The position numbers and the translations under genes were made by a program. Below the pieces are notes generated by a model. That model was given only the letters and a program-made list of their open reading frames with translations, did not search any database and had not been told where the DNA came from. Positions 56,411-64,000 of a stretch of 64,000 nucleotides of DNA are shown piece after piece; position 1 is the stretch's first letter; each line of letters starts with the position of its first letter. Location: the NCBI GenBank assembly GCA_000004985.1, contig GG738891.1. One strand, 5' to 3'. The stretch comes from Naegleria gruberi. Taxonomy: Eukaryota.

Positions 56411-59400
56411 TTACATTTGATTATTTTCTCTTACAATCTTTTGGATCAACTCTAATTTGGATTGTTCCATTTCTTGAATCTTATTAACAATGAAAAACAT
56501 TTGATCTTTGGTTGTTTGTGCAACACTATCACATTGTAATCCTATTGAATTAATCTTTGAGAAACATGTTGAAATCTTTTCAAACATATTCTTTGAAATC
56601 TCTGATTGATCATTAGCTGAACTTTCTTGTTCATTCTTCATTTCTTCAACTTGTTTGGAAACATTTTGAATAGTTTCTGTCAATTCTTTAGAAACTTTAT
56701 CCAAATTCTTCTTTTCTTCCTCTAATTTTTGGAGAACATCTTGTTTCACCTCATCTTCTAATAATTTAATACATTCTATCAAATCATCCTTTCCATTATT
56801 CAACCCCATTTCTGTTATCTTGGCTTCAATTTGTGTAATTTGTTCTACATTCTTTGAAATCTTTCCAAGTACTTCATCGTCAATGGTTTTTCTTAAACTG
56901 GAGAGAGTTTCAGATTGTTCTTTGATTTGAGAAAGAGTTGGAGCTATTTCCTTATCGAGTTGTACCTTGATTTCATTTTCTTGGTTTTGTTTAAATGTAG
57001 ATATAATATTTTCTTTCAATTCCACTTCTCTCTTTTCCAAACTTTCAATATCCAGTTTTTTCTTATCTAATTCTTGTAATTGGGTTTGAATTTGTTGAAC
57101 CATTTCAGAATATTTCTTGAGATTTTCATCTTGAACGGATTGATTTTCTTTAGATATTAAGCTTTCCACTTGTGTTTTAAGATCTGAGAGTGTTTGAATT
57201 GTTATCTTATCTATAACTTCCTTCAATCCAGTTATGGCTGTTTGATTTTCCTCGATTTGCTTCTTCATAGCGTCATTATCTCGTTTTTCTTTAAGGTTAG
57301 ACAAAATATCTGAAGTTTCTGTCTTGAACTTTTGCAAATCCTCAAGAATCATATTGTTACACTTGGAATCTAATTCATAAACATCAAAGTGTGATTTAAT
57401 ATCACCCTTGATCTTAGTATTATCTTCTTGTAAAGCAGTAATAATATTGGAATCAACAGTTAAAATATTTTCACTCGAATTCTTTAAATCTTGTACAAGT
57501 TTATCTGACTCGGCAAACTTTTCTTTCATTTCTTCAACTGATTTAGAGGTTTCATTCAATTTGTTTTGAATTTCTTCTTGATTTTCATTTAACTTCTTCA
57601 ACGCTTCCTTAGTGTTTTGATCATCCTTTTCATTTTCCTCCAGCTCGTTTCTTAGATCCTCAATTGAAACTTCAATTGTTGCAAGTCTATCTATTGGAAG
57701 AGAATTCTTGATATCTAAAACAGAATTAACAATATCAGATGCTGTAGCTCTAACTTCTGAAATAGATTCATTCATATTTTGAATGGATGTTGTCATGGTA
57801 TCTTTAACATTTTCAATGGATGATTTGAGGGAAGATATACTTTCATCCATTTCAGTCTTGTTGATATCATTAACTTTTTTGATATTTTCGTCTAACTTGT
57901 TTTGAATATCTTTCAATTCATTCTTTGTCTCATTGTCATCTTTTTCATTCTCCTGTATATCCTTTCGTATTTGATCCAAAGATTCTTCAATCTTTCCAAT
58001 TTTTTCTAAAGGTAATTTTGATTTAATATCAACAACTTCATTAGAAAGTTCGTTTTGCTTTTCTTGAATATTGATTACGCTGTTTTGTAATTCATTGATC
58101 TTATTTTCACTATTTGTGATTGCTTTTACGCCATCCTTTGCAGATTTGATTTCCTCTTTGTGTGATTCGAGTAATTTTTCTTGGGATTCTACTTGAGTTG
58201 TTAAACTAGAAATTCTTTCATCATGGGATTTGACTTTTTCCTCGGTGGATGTAATTTGATCTTCAACCTTTTTGATTTCCTCTGCTACTACTTGTTGGAC
58301 TTTTTCACCAAGCGATGTTTCTGAAACTACATTGTCCATCTTCTTGCTGACTTCTTGCAATTGGTTTTGGGATTCTTCTTGATTCGCCTTAATATTAATG
58401 TTCTCATTTTCCATTGTACTAACAGATGATACGACATTTTCAATCTTTCGTAGAATGTCTGATTGAGATTTCTTGAGTTGATCCACTTCATCTTTTCCTT
58501 TGATTACCTCACCTTCCAAATTGGTTACCTTTACAGCAACATCAGAAACTGTACCATTAACAATAGTTTCCATTTCATCAAGTTTTGTTTTGAGCTTGTT
58601 ATAATTTTCAGTGTCAAGTTTAGAGATTCTTTCAGCAATCTTGTCTTCAAATTGGTCTGCCAACTTTTTAACAGAATCATGTGATTCTTTCAAATCATTC
58701 AAGTTTGTATTCAATTCCTGAACCTTGTTTGAACTTTCAGTTAATTTTTGATGAATTTCCTGTTGATCTTCATTCAATTTCTTCAAGAGTTCCTTTGTAT
58801 TTTGGTCATCCTTTTCATTTTCTTCAAGTTCATTTCTTATTTCTTCCATAGAAACTTCCATGTTTGAAATTGTATCGATTGGTATTGAATTCTTGAATAA
58901 ATCGACAGAGTTAACAATCTCTGTTGCTGTATTTCTCACATCAGAAATAGATTGATTCATTTGTTGAATTGATGTTGTTAAAGATTGATTGATATTATCG
59001 ACATCGTTCTTTACACCATTAATCTTGTCTTCCAATAAAAGCTCTTCCTTTCTAATTTCTTCAATGGAAACTTCCATTTTTGAAATTGTATCAATAGGTA
59101 AGGTTTGTTTAACGCTTTCCACAGACTCTATAATTTCGCTGGCTGTGTTTCTAACATCTAATATTGAGCTGTTCATTTGTTGAACAGATGTCATCATGGT
59201 ATCCTTAACATTTTCAATGTCATTTTTAAGTGATAATATCTTTTCATCAAATTGTTGTTCAGTAGAAGTATTATTGGTTTCTATCAATCCCTTTAATTCT
59301 TCTCTAGATGTAGTAGTATCATTTTTCAAAGTTGCAACATCCATTTCTAAAGTGGTAACAGATTTCTCCAATGATTGTGTTGATATCTTTACATGTTCAT

Positions 59401-62400
59401 CAATAGTATTTGATAATTGTTCTTGGGCAGATTTCAATTTTTCTTCAACGATAGCATTTACATCCAAACTAGAAGCAATCTTTTCGTTCAACTCTGCTTT
59501 GGTTTCATTGACATTTTCATGTAGACTATTCACATTCTCACTAATTCTTTCTATTTTATCTGAACTATCTTTCTCAACTCTTACTAATATTTCAGAACTA
59601 TTTGCAATTTGTTTAACAATTTCTTGAGTCTTATTATTCAAAATTTCAATCTTGGAAATGGTTTCAGTATTACTACCTTCTAATTTCTTTATGGATTCAA
59701 GAGCTGGTTGTAAATTAGTCTCAATCTTCTTGATTTGTTGTTTAGCATCTTCTATTCCTTTAGAATTTTCTTTAGAGTCATTCTTAACAGTTTCCAAATC
59801 TGTCTTTGTTGCTACAGTCTTGGTGGCTTCAGCTTGCTCCTCTTTGAACTTGAGTAATTTTTCAATCTTGTCATTCACAGTACTAAACTTTTCCAAAGAA
59901 TTATCTCTAATATTTTCAAACTCCTTTTTCAAAGCATCAACCCTTTCAGTTGTTAATGTTAATTGTTGTGGTCTAACAGATTCTAATCTGATTTTATCAT
60001 AAATATCTGAAATCTTCTCTTTAATTTCAAGTTTAACGCTCTTCTCTAGAGTTTCAATTTCATCTTTGAGTTTTTGTTTTTGATTGTCGTTGAGAGAATT
60101 CATTAGATCATTAATCTTTTTCAAAGATGTATCAATCTCTGACTTGGTATCTTGAATAAGCTTTTCAAATCTATTAATAACAGATTTCGTGTCTTGCTTA
60201 AGAGAATCTGTAATTCCAATAATGTTTTCAATTTTAGAATCAGAAGATTGAGAGTGTTCCTTGAGTGCTGTTGAAACTGTATCAATCTTATGATGTGCGC
60301 TCTTGGATTGTTCTTGCAAGGTTTCTGTTGTTGAAACGACTGAAGAAATTTTCTTGTTGATTGATTCTTCCATATTAGATACGTCTGTTTTTTTAACATG
60401 TTCAGTGATTTGTTTCTTGATTGCTTCAATCTTTTCATTCAATTCCTCTTCTGCTTTTTTAATCTTTGTAATTGTATCTTCTTGCTTTTTAGATGTATCA
60501 CTTGTCGATTGTTCCAAATCTCGTTGAATATCGCCAAGATCCTTGTTGGTTTGAATTTTCATGTCATCCAAAAGAACCTTGAAATCATCTAATCCTTTTC
60601 TAAGTTTTTCTGCTGATTCTTTAAGCAAGGAATTCTCCTCCTTGAGTCTTTCTAATCTAAAGGTTGTATCGGAAATAGAGTTCTTTAATCCAATTTCTAC
60701 ATCAGATACTGAATCCTTCAACTTTCTGATACCTTCACTATTTTCATTATATTGTTGTTGCGATGTTGTACTATTGTTTTCAATCTTCTTATTAATTTGT
60801 TGAGTCTCTGATTCAATGGAGGATTTCAAGTCTTTAACCTCATTATTTAGTGACTTCTTTACAGAGGTAATAGCTTCATCAGAATTTTCCTTATTCTTAT
60901 TGATTAAATCCTTTGATTCCTTCTTAAATGATTCCAAATCATTTTGTAAGGTATTGGATTTATCTTCAATAGTTTTCTCTAGAGTTTGACTTGTTTGGGT
61001 AATGTTCTTCTTGAGCTCTTCTTTTTGTTTTGTCATTGACGTTTCCAAATCAGTTTTAGATGTATTGATCATACTCTTAAGATCAATAAACTTTTTATCA
61101 ATCTTGGAGTTTGTATCCTTTTCTCTATTAATAATATCTGACTTGACTGAAGAAATGTCCGAGTCGAGTTTCTTAGAAACTGTTCTGACTTGTTCTTCTG
61201 CTGAAGTTTTGTTGGCATTAATTTCCTTCATCAAACTTTGCTCTAGCTTATTAGTCTTTTCATTCAAGTTTGTGTTGGCTTCAACCAACTTCTTAGAGAC
61301 GTTTTCAAAGCGTGCATCATTCAATTTTTGCTTTGAATTAACATCTTGCTCTAATTTTACAATATGTTGCTGCTGTGTTTGTATCTTTGTATCCATTTCC
61401 TTCTTGAGATTATCACTCTTTGTTAATAATTCTTCCTTATTTACGGTTAAAATTCTATTAACTTCAACTTCATGCTTTGAAAGGTTTGTTTTCATTTCAT
61501 TCCTAGCATTTTCCAAATTATCAGACAATGTTAAAGTTTCAGAATCGAATTTAACATTAAGGGCTGATATTTCAGAAATTAATTCCATTTCACTTTCGTT
61601 TAAAATCTTTTGAACATCACTAACCTTTTCTTGAACGTCATTTTGAAGTCTACTATGTGATGCGATCATATCTTGTTTCAAGTTGTGTATAATCTTTTCT
61701 GTACTGGATTTTGTAGCTTGAACTCCTTCCTTTAGGTTTGAAGCTTCGTCCTTGAGATGAACGTTTGTCTTTTGAAGATCATGTTCCAGCTTTTCTACTT
61801 TTAAATCCATATATTGTCTAGCTACTTCTGAGGCACTTTTCAATACAAACTCATCACCTCTATTCATGGTTTTAATTAATTCTTCTCTCAGAGTAGTATT
61901 CATATAATCAAATAATTCTCTCTTCAAATTTGAAAGAGAAGAATTAAATTCTTTTTGAACTCCTGTTGCTGTTTCAAGAGCTTTAGCCAAATCCTTTTTG
62001 TGTTCTTCAATTTCTGTAAAGGCTTTTTCATTGCTTAATGTGAGAGAATCAACTGATAAATCAATTTTCTTATTCAATAGCTCTAAAATTTCGTGTTTTG
62101 CTTCGTTTTGTTGCTGTTTATGTTCTAAAAAGTCTTGTTTCACCTGAATGATACTCTTATCTATATATTCTTTGGTATTTTCCATAAAGCCTCGTATTCT
62201 CTTATCAATGTTATCAAACTTTGATAATAATTCAACTTTGATTTCATCCAATGAATCACTTGTTACATGAAGAGAACCAGAATCTCTATCCTGAGTATCT
62301 ATTGAAGAGTATGAAGTATTACTTAAAGATGGAGTGATAAGATTTGTAGAGCTGATCAATGAATTTACGAAGAGTTTCTGTTTTTCTTCCGAGATGGAAA

Positions 62401-62701
62401 TTTGTTCATTCATATTAGATTGAAGTCTTTTCCAATCCTTAGTTCTTAGTTGATTAAAGTCTTGTTGTACGGATATGATGGTGTTTCTAAAATTTACTGC
62501 CTGTTCTTCTAACAATTTCTTAAATAATGTAAATTGTTCTTCTATTAATTCATGTTGAGCAACGGCTGTTTCCTCCTTCTTTTCATTCAACAATACTTCC
62601 TTCACAATATTTCTTCGTTGTTCATCATACTCCTCCGAAGATATAAAACCCTGATTTAATAATTCCTTGAGAAGGAATAAGGTTTGTAAATGTTCCTTCA
62701 T
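56411..62701 (-). CDS. Giant (2096 aa) coiled-coil protein with diverged internal tandem repeats
   Basis: Single uninterrupted ORF that is E/K/L/N/S-rich with heptad-like periodicity throughout. It contains at least three copies of a roughly 100-aa module (VKDTM-TS-Q-MN-SI-DVR-TA-EI--SV...PID-I...EVS-EE-R-ELEENEKDDQNTKE-LKKLNE-Q-EI--KL). Confidence 0.75.
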   Translation of the reverse strand: MKEHLQTLFLLKELLNQGFISSEEYDEQRRNIVKEVLLNEKKEETAVAQHELIEEQFTLFKKLLEEQAVNFRNTIISVQQDFNQLRTKDWKRLQSNMNEQISISEEKQKLFVNSLISSTNLITPSLSNTSYSSIDTQDRDSGSLHVTSDSLDEIKVELLSKFDNIDKRIRGFMENTKEYIDKSIIQVKQDFLEHKQQQNEAKHEILELLNKKIDLSVDSLTLSNEKAFTEIEEHKKDLAKALETATGVQKEFNSSLSNLKRELFDYMNTTLREELIKTMNRGDEFVLKSASEVARQYMDLKVEKLEHDLQKTNVHLKDEASNLKEGVQATKSSTEKIIHNLKQDMIASHSRLQNDVQEKVSDVQKILNESEMELISEISALNVKFDSETLTLSDNLENARNEMKTNLSKHEVEVNRILTVNKEELLTKSDNLKKEMDTKIQTQQQHIVKLEQDVNSKQKLNDARFENVSKKLVEANTNLNEKTNKLEQSLMKEINANKTSAEEQVRTVSKKLDSDISSVKSDIINREKDTNSKIDKKFIDLKSMINTSKTDLETSMTKQKEELKKNITQTSQTLEKTIEDKSNTLQNDLESFKKESKDLINKNKENSDEAITSVKKSLNNEVKDLKSSIESETQQINKKIENNSTTSQQQYNENSEGIRKLKDSVSDVEIGLKNSISDTTFRLERLKEENSLLKESAEKLRKGLDDFKVLLDDMKIQTNKDLGDIQRDLEQSTSDTSKKQEDTITKIKKAEEELNEKIEAIKKQITEHVKKTDVSNMEESINKKISSVVSTTETLQEQSKSAHHKIDTVSTALKEHSQSSDSKIENIIGITDSLKQDTKSVINRFEKLIQDTKSEIDTSLKKINDLMNSLNDNQKQKLKDEIETLEKSVKLEIKEKISDIYDKIRLESVRPQQLTLTTERVDALKKEFENIRDNSLEKFSTVNDKIEKLLKFKEEQAEATKTVATKTDLETVKNDSKENSKGIEDAKQQIKKIETNLQPALESIKKLEGSNTETISKIEILNNKTQEIVKQIANSSEILVRVEKDSSDKIERISENVNSLHENVNETKAELNEKIASSLDVNAIVEEKLKSAQEQLSNTIDEHVKISTQSLEKSVTTLEMDVATLKNDTTTSREELKGLIETNNTSTEQQFDEKILSLKNDIENVKDTMMTSVQQMNSSILDVRNTASEIIESVESVKQTLPIDTISKMEVSIEEIRKEELLLEDKINGVKNDVDNINQSLTTSIQQMNQSISDVRNTATEIVNSVDLFKNSIPIDTISNMEVSMEEIRNELEENEKDDQNTKELLKKLNEDQQEIHQKLTESSNKVQELNTNLNDLKESHDSVKKLADQFEDKIAERISKLDTENYNKLKTKLDEMETIVNGTVSDVAVKVTNLEGEVIKGKDEVDQLKKSQSDILRKIENVVSSVSTMENENINIKANQEESQNQLQEVSKKMDNVVSETSLGEKVQQVVAEEIKKVEDQITSTEEKVKSHDERISSLTTQVESQEKLLESHKEEIKSAKDGVKAITNSENKINELQNSVINIQEKQNELSNEVVDIKSKLPLEKIGKIEESLDQIRKDIQENEKDDNETKNELKDIQNKLDENIKKVNDINKTEMDESISSLKSSIENVKDTMTTSIQNMNESISEVRATASDIVNSVLDIKNSLPIDRLATIEVSIEDLRNELEENEKDDQNTKEALKKLNENQEEIQNKLNETSKSVEEMKEKFAESDKLVQDLKNSSENILTVDSNIITALQEDNTKIKGDIKSHFDVYELDSKCNNMILEDLQKFKTETSDILSNLKEKRDNDAMKKQIEENQTAITGLKEVIDKITIQTLSDLKTQVESLISKENQSVQDENLKKYSEMVQQIQTQLQELDKKKLDIESLEKREVELKENIISTFKQNQENEIKVQLDKEIAPTLSQIKEQSETLSSLRKTIDDEVLGKISKNVEQITQIEAKITEMGLNNGKDDLIECIKLLEDEVKQDVLQKLEEEKKNLDKVSKELTETIQNVSKQVEEMKNEQESSANDQSEISKNMFEKISTCFSKINSIGLQCDSVAQTTKDQMFFIVNKIQEMEQSKLELIQKIVRENNQM
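57550..59250 (-). repeat. Intragenic diverged tandem repeats inside the giant coiled-coil gene
   Basis: DNA-level similarity between about 57560-57780 and about 58770-58990, and between about 57870-58010 and about 59040-59200. One example is TTCCTTAGTGTTTTGATCATCCTTTTCATTTTCCTCCAGCTCGTTTCTTAGATCCTCAATTGAAACTTCAATTGTTGCAAGTCTATC against TTCCTTTGTATTTTGGTCATCCTTTTCATTTTCTTCAAGTTCATTTCTTATTTCTTCCATAGAAACTTCCATGTTTGAAATTGTATC. Confidence 0.6.
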
Positions 62702-62984
62702 GATTTAATCACAATGTAAAAAGGCCTTAAAAAAAACTCTGTAGGCTTCGAGCTATTTTACCGTTGAGGATTTTGGCTTAATTTTTTAAAAAATAACTGA
62801 AAGTTTTCCCTCTCTTTTTGGATTTGGTTCAAATCTGGTTATGATCGGAACCTTATTATCTTATTGTTATCATAATATCATTCCGTTCATTTACAATAAT
62901 AATTAATAGAGTAGCAGTGTTAGTATCAATATATCAATATTATTCATTAATACTACTATTATCATCCGTATATGTAATAATTTT

Positions 62985-63989
62985 CTAATCATAAATATTC
63001 AATGATTGTTTAAGAGAATATCCAATGAGTTTAGAAATGGGATTTAAGGTTTTGGATTGATAAGCTACACCACTCTTCAATGCTCTCTCACAATGACTCA
63101 CAATTTCAGCACATGATATTCTCTGAGATGACTTTCTTCTTGTCATTCCAATAATTAGATCCAACATTTCTGGAGATGCTTTCTCATTCAGAGTCCATGT
63201 TATCTTCCTTCTGAAATGTGAATCTGGATGAGTATTTTCACATGCCATTTGTTGTCCCATTCCCATTTTACAATCAGATAAGCAAGTAGATGCAATTAAA
63301 TTAATCATTGTAACACCCAATGAGAAAACATCAGAGGATGGAGTAATTTCTCTGTGAAAAGTAAATTGCTCAGGAGCCATATACAGTAAACTACCTGCTC
63401 CTAAGGGATTTGAGCTAAGTGTTTCTAATGATCTAGTTAATCCAAAATCTGACAAGACAACATCAATAATTCCATTTTCCAAATCAATACTACGAATTAA
63501 AATATTCTCTGGTTTTACATCTCTATGAATAAATAATGATTTATGCATATAATCAAGTGCAGATGCAATTTGATGTAAAACTTGCCAACACATTTCTGGT
63601 TTTAATTTTCCCTTATATTTCGTCAATGAACCATCTTTCATATATTCACTTTCTACAAGTGCATAATTGAAACAATATTTCATTTCTGGGTTGATTTTCA
63701 AAATATGAGGATGTATCAAATTTCTTGAACATTCTCTTTGAATTTCTGTTAGTAAATGTTCTTCATTCTTAATTTCAATCATTTTAACAGCTAATGAATT
63801 TGGAAAAGTGCTACGAATATGATAGACAATTCCATATCCACCCTCTCCAATCACTTCACCAACAAGTCCAGGATATAAATTTTCCAAAATTAGTCTTCTA
63901 GGATCATCAGTACTTGGATTATTATTGACTATTAAATCATATCCAAATGAATTGTAATAATTATTTATAAAACATTGTTTTGATTCCAT
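62985..63989 (-). CDS. Serine/threonine protein kinase (family unassigned); the N-terminus may extend beyond the window edge
   Basis: VIGEGGYGIVYHI glycine loop, HRDVKPENILI catalytic loop, DFGLTR and YMAPEQ motifs. The frame stays open upstream of the first ATG (63989) to the end of the window, so the 5' end may be truncated. Confidence 0.7.
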   Translation of the reverse strand: MESKQCFINNYYNSFGYDLIVNNNPSTDDPRRLILENLYPGLVGEVIGEGGYGIVYHIRSTFPNSLAVKMIEIKNEEHLLTEIQRECSRNLIHPHILKINPEMKYCFNYALVESEYMKDGSLTKYKGKLKPEMCWQVLHQIASALDYMHKSLFIHRDVKPENILIRSIDLENGIIDVVLSDFGLTRSLETLSSNPLGAGSLLYMAPEQFTFHREITPSSDVFSLGVTMINLIASTCLSDCKMGMGQQMACENTHPDSHFRRKITWTLNEKASPEMLDLIIGMTRRKSSQRISCAEIVSHCERALKSGVAYQSKTLNPISKLIGYSLKQSLNIYD

Positions 63990-64000
63990 TCCTCCTCCTA

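Noticed and set aside
58463-61613. Eight plus-strand ORFs (58463, 58989, 59196, 59652, 60303, 60398, 60561, 61002) rich in S/F/L/I
   Set aside because: They lie antisense to the giant coiled-coil CDS. GAA, AAG and GAG codons read backwards give TTC, CTT and CTC, producing long stop-free S/F/L frames. They have no start context and no homology.
1-64000. Prokaryotic defence or operon interpretation, including CRISPR arrays, toxin-antitoxin pairs and restriction-modification
   Set aside because: Spliceosomal introns with GTAAGT donors, RRM, WD, SET and E2F proteins, the AAAAATG start context, and the absence of Shine-Dalgarno or direct-repeat arrays make this unambiguously eukaryotic nuclear DNA. 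I saw no repeat-spacer structure anywhere.
1-64000. Alternative genetic code with TAA/TAG as Gln (ciliate or hexamitid style)
   Set aside because: Conserved proteins (PABP, SNRNP40, TTC8, RPL37) run full length without internal TAA/TAG and terminate at TAA where homologs end.

Overview
This 64-kb window reads as eukaryotic nuclear DNA, not a prokaryotic locus. It is AT-rich and uses the standard genetic code: long ORFs are not interrupted by TAA/TAG, and TAA is the dominant stop. It is very gene-dense, with about 34 protein-coding genes on both strands and intergenic spacers often under 100 bp.

Most genes are intronless. The rest carry one to four very short spliceosomal introns of 36-57 nt (one of 78 nt) with GTAAGT or GTATGT donors. 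Several ORF-track fragments are therefore exons of a single gene: the SMC gene, a Zn2Cys6 factor, an atypical E2F, a TBC RabGAP, a TPR-MYND protein, a WD-repeat protein, a secreted modular protein and an Elongin C gene that the ORF track missed.

Gene content is typical eukaryotic housekeeping plus cilium/flagellum biology: SMC ATPase, PABP, RPL37, SNRNP40, tRNA isopentenyltransferase, a class-IV sirtuin, a SUV39-type SET protein, a NEK kinase, BBS8/TTC8, a DIS3L2-like RNase II, CCDC47, WRB/GET1, a twin-Cx9C protein and F-box/LRR proteins. The organism is therefore a mitochondriate, flagellated, intron-poor unicellular eukaryote. A heterolobosean-like amoeboflagellate is a plausible but unproven guess.

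I found no CRISPR array, no prokaryotic defence system, and no rRNA or tRNA gene by eye.

The things worth a second look are:
- a bacterial-type DUF1761-like small membrane protein that may be a horizontal transfer;
- a fungal-type Zn2Cys6 factor in a flagellate;
- an atypical E2F with two DNA-binding domains;
- a 2096-aa coiled-coil protein built from diverged internal repeats;
- extreme gene packing, including CDSs that overlap on opposite strands;
- a strong AAAAATG start context;
- two loci where the reading frames suggest a frameshift or unusual initiation (the sirtuin N-terminus, and the LRR gene with the downstream ORF that lacks any ATG).
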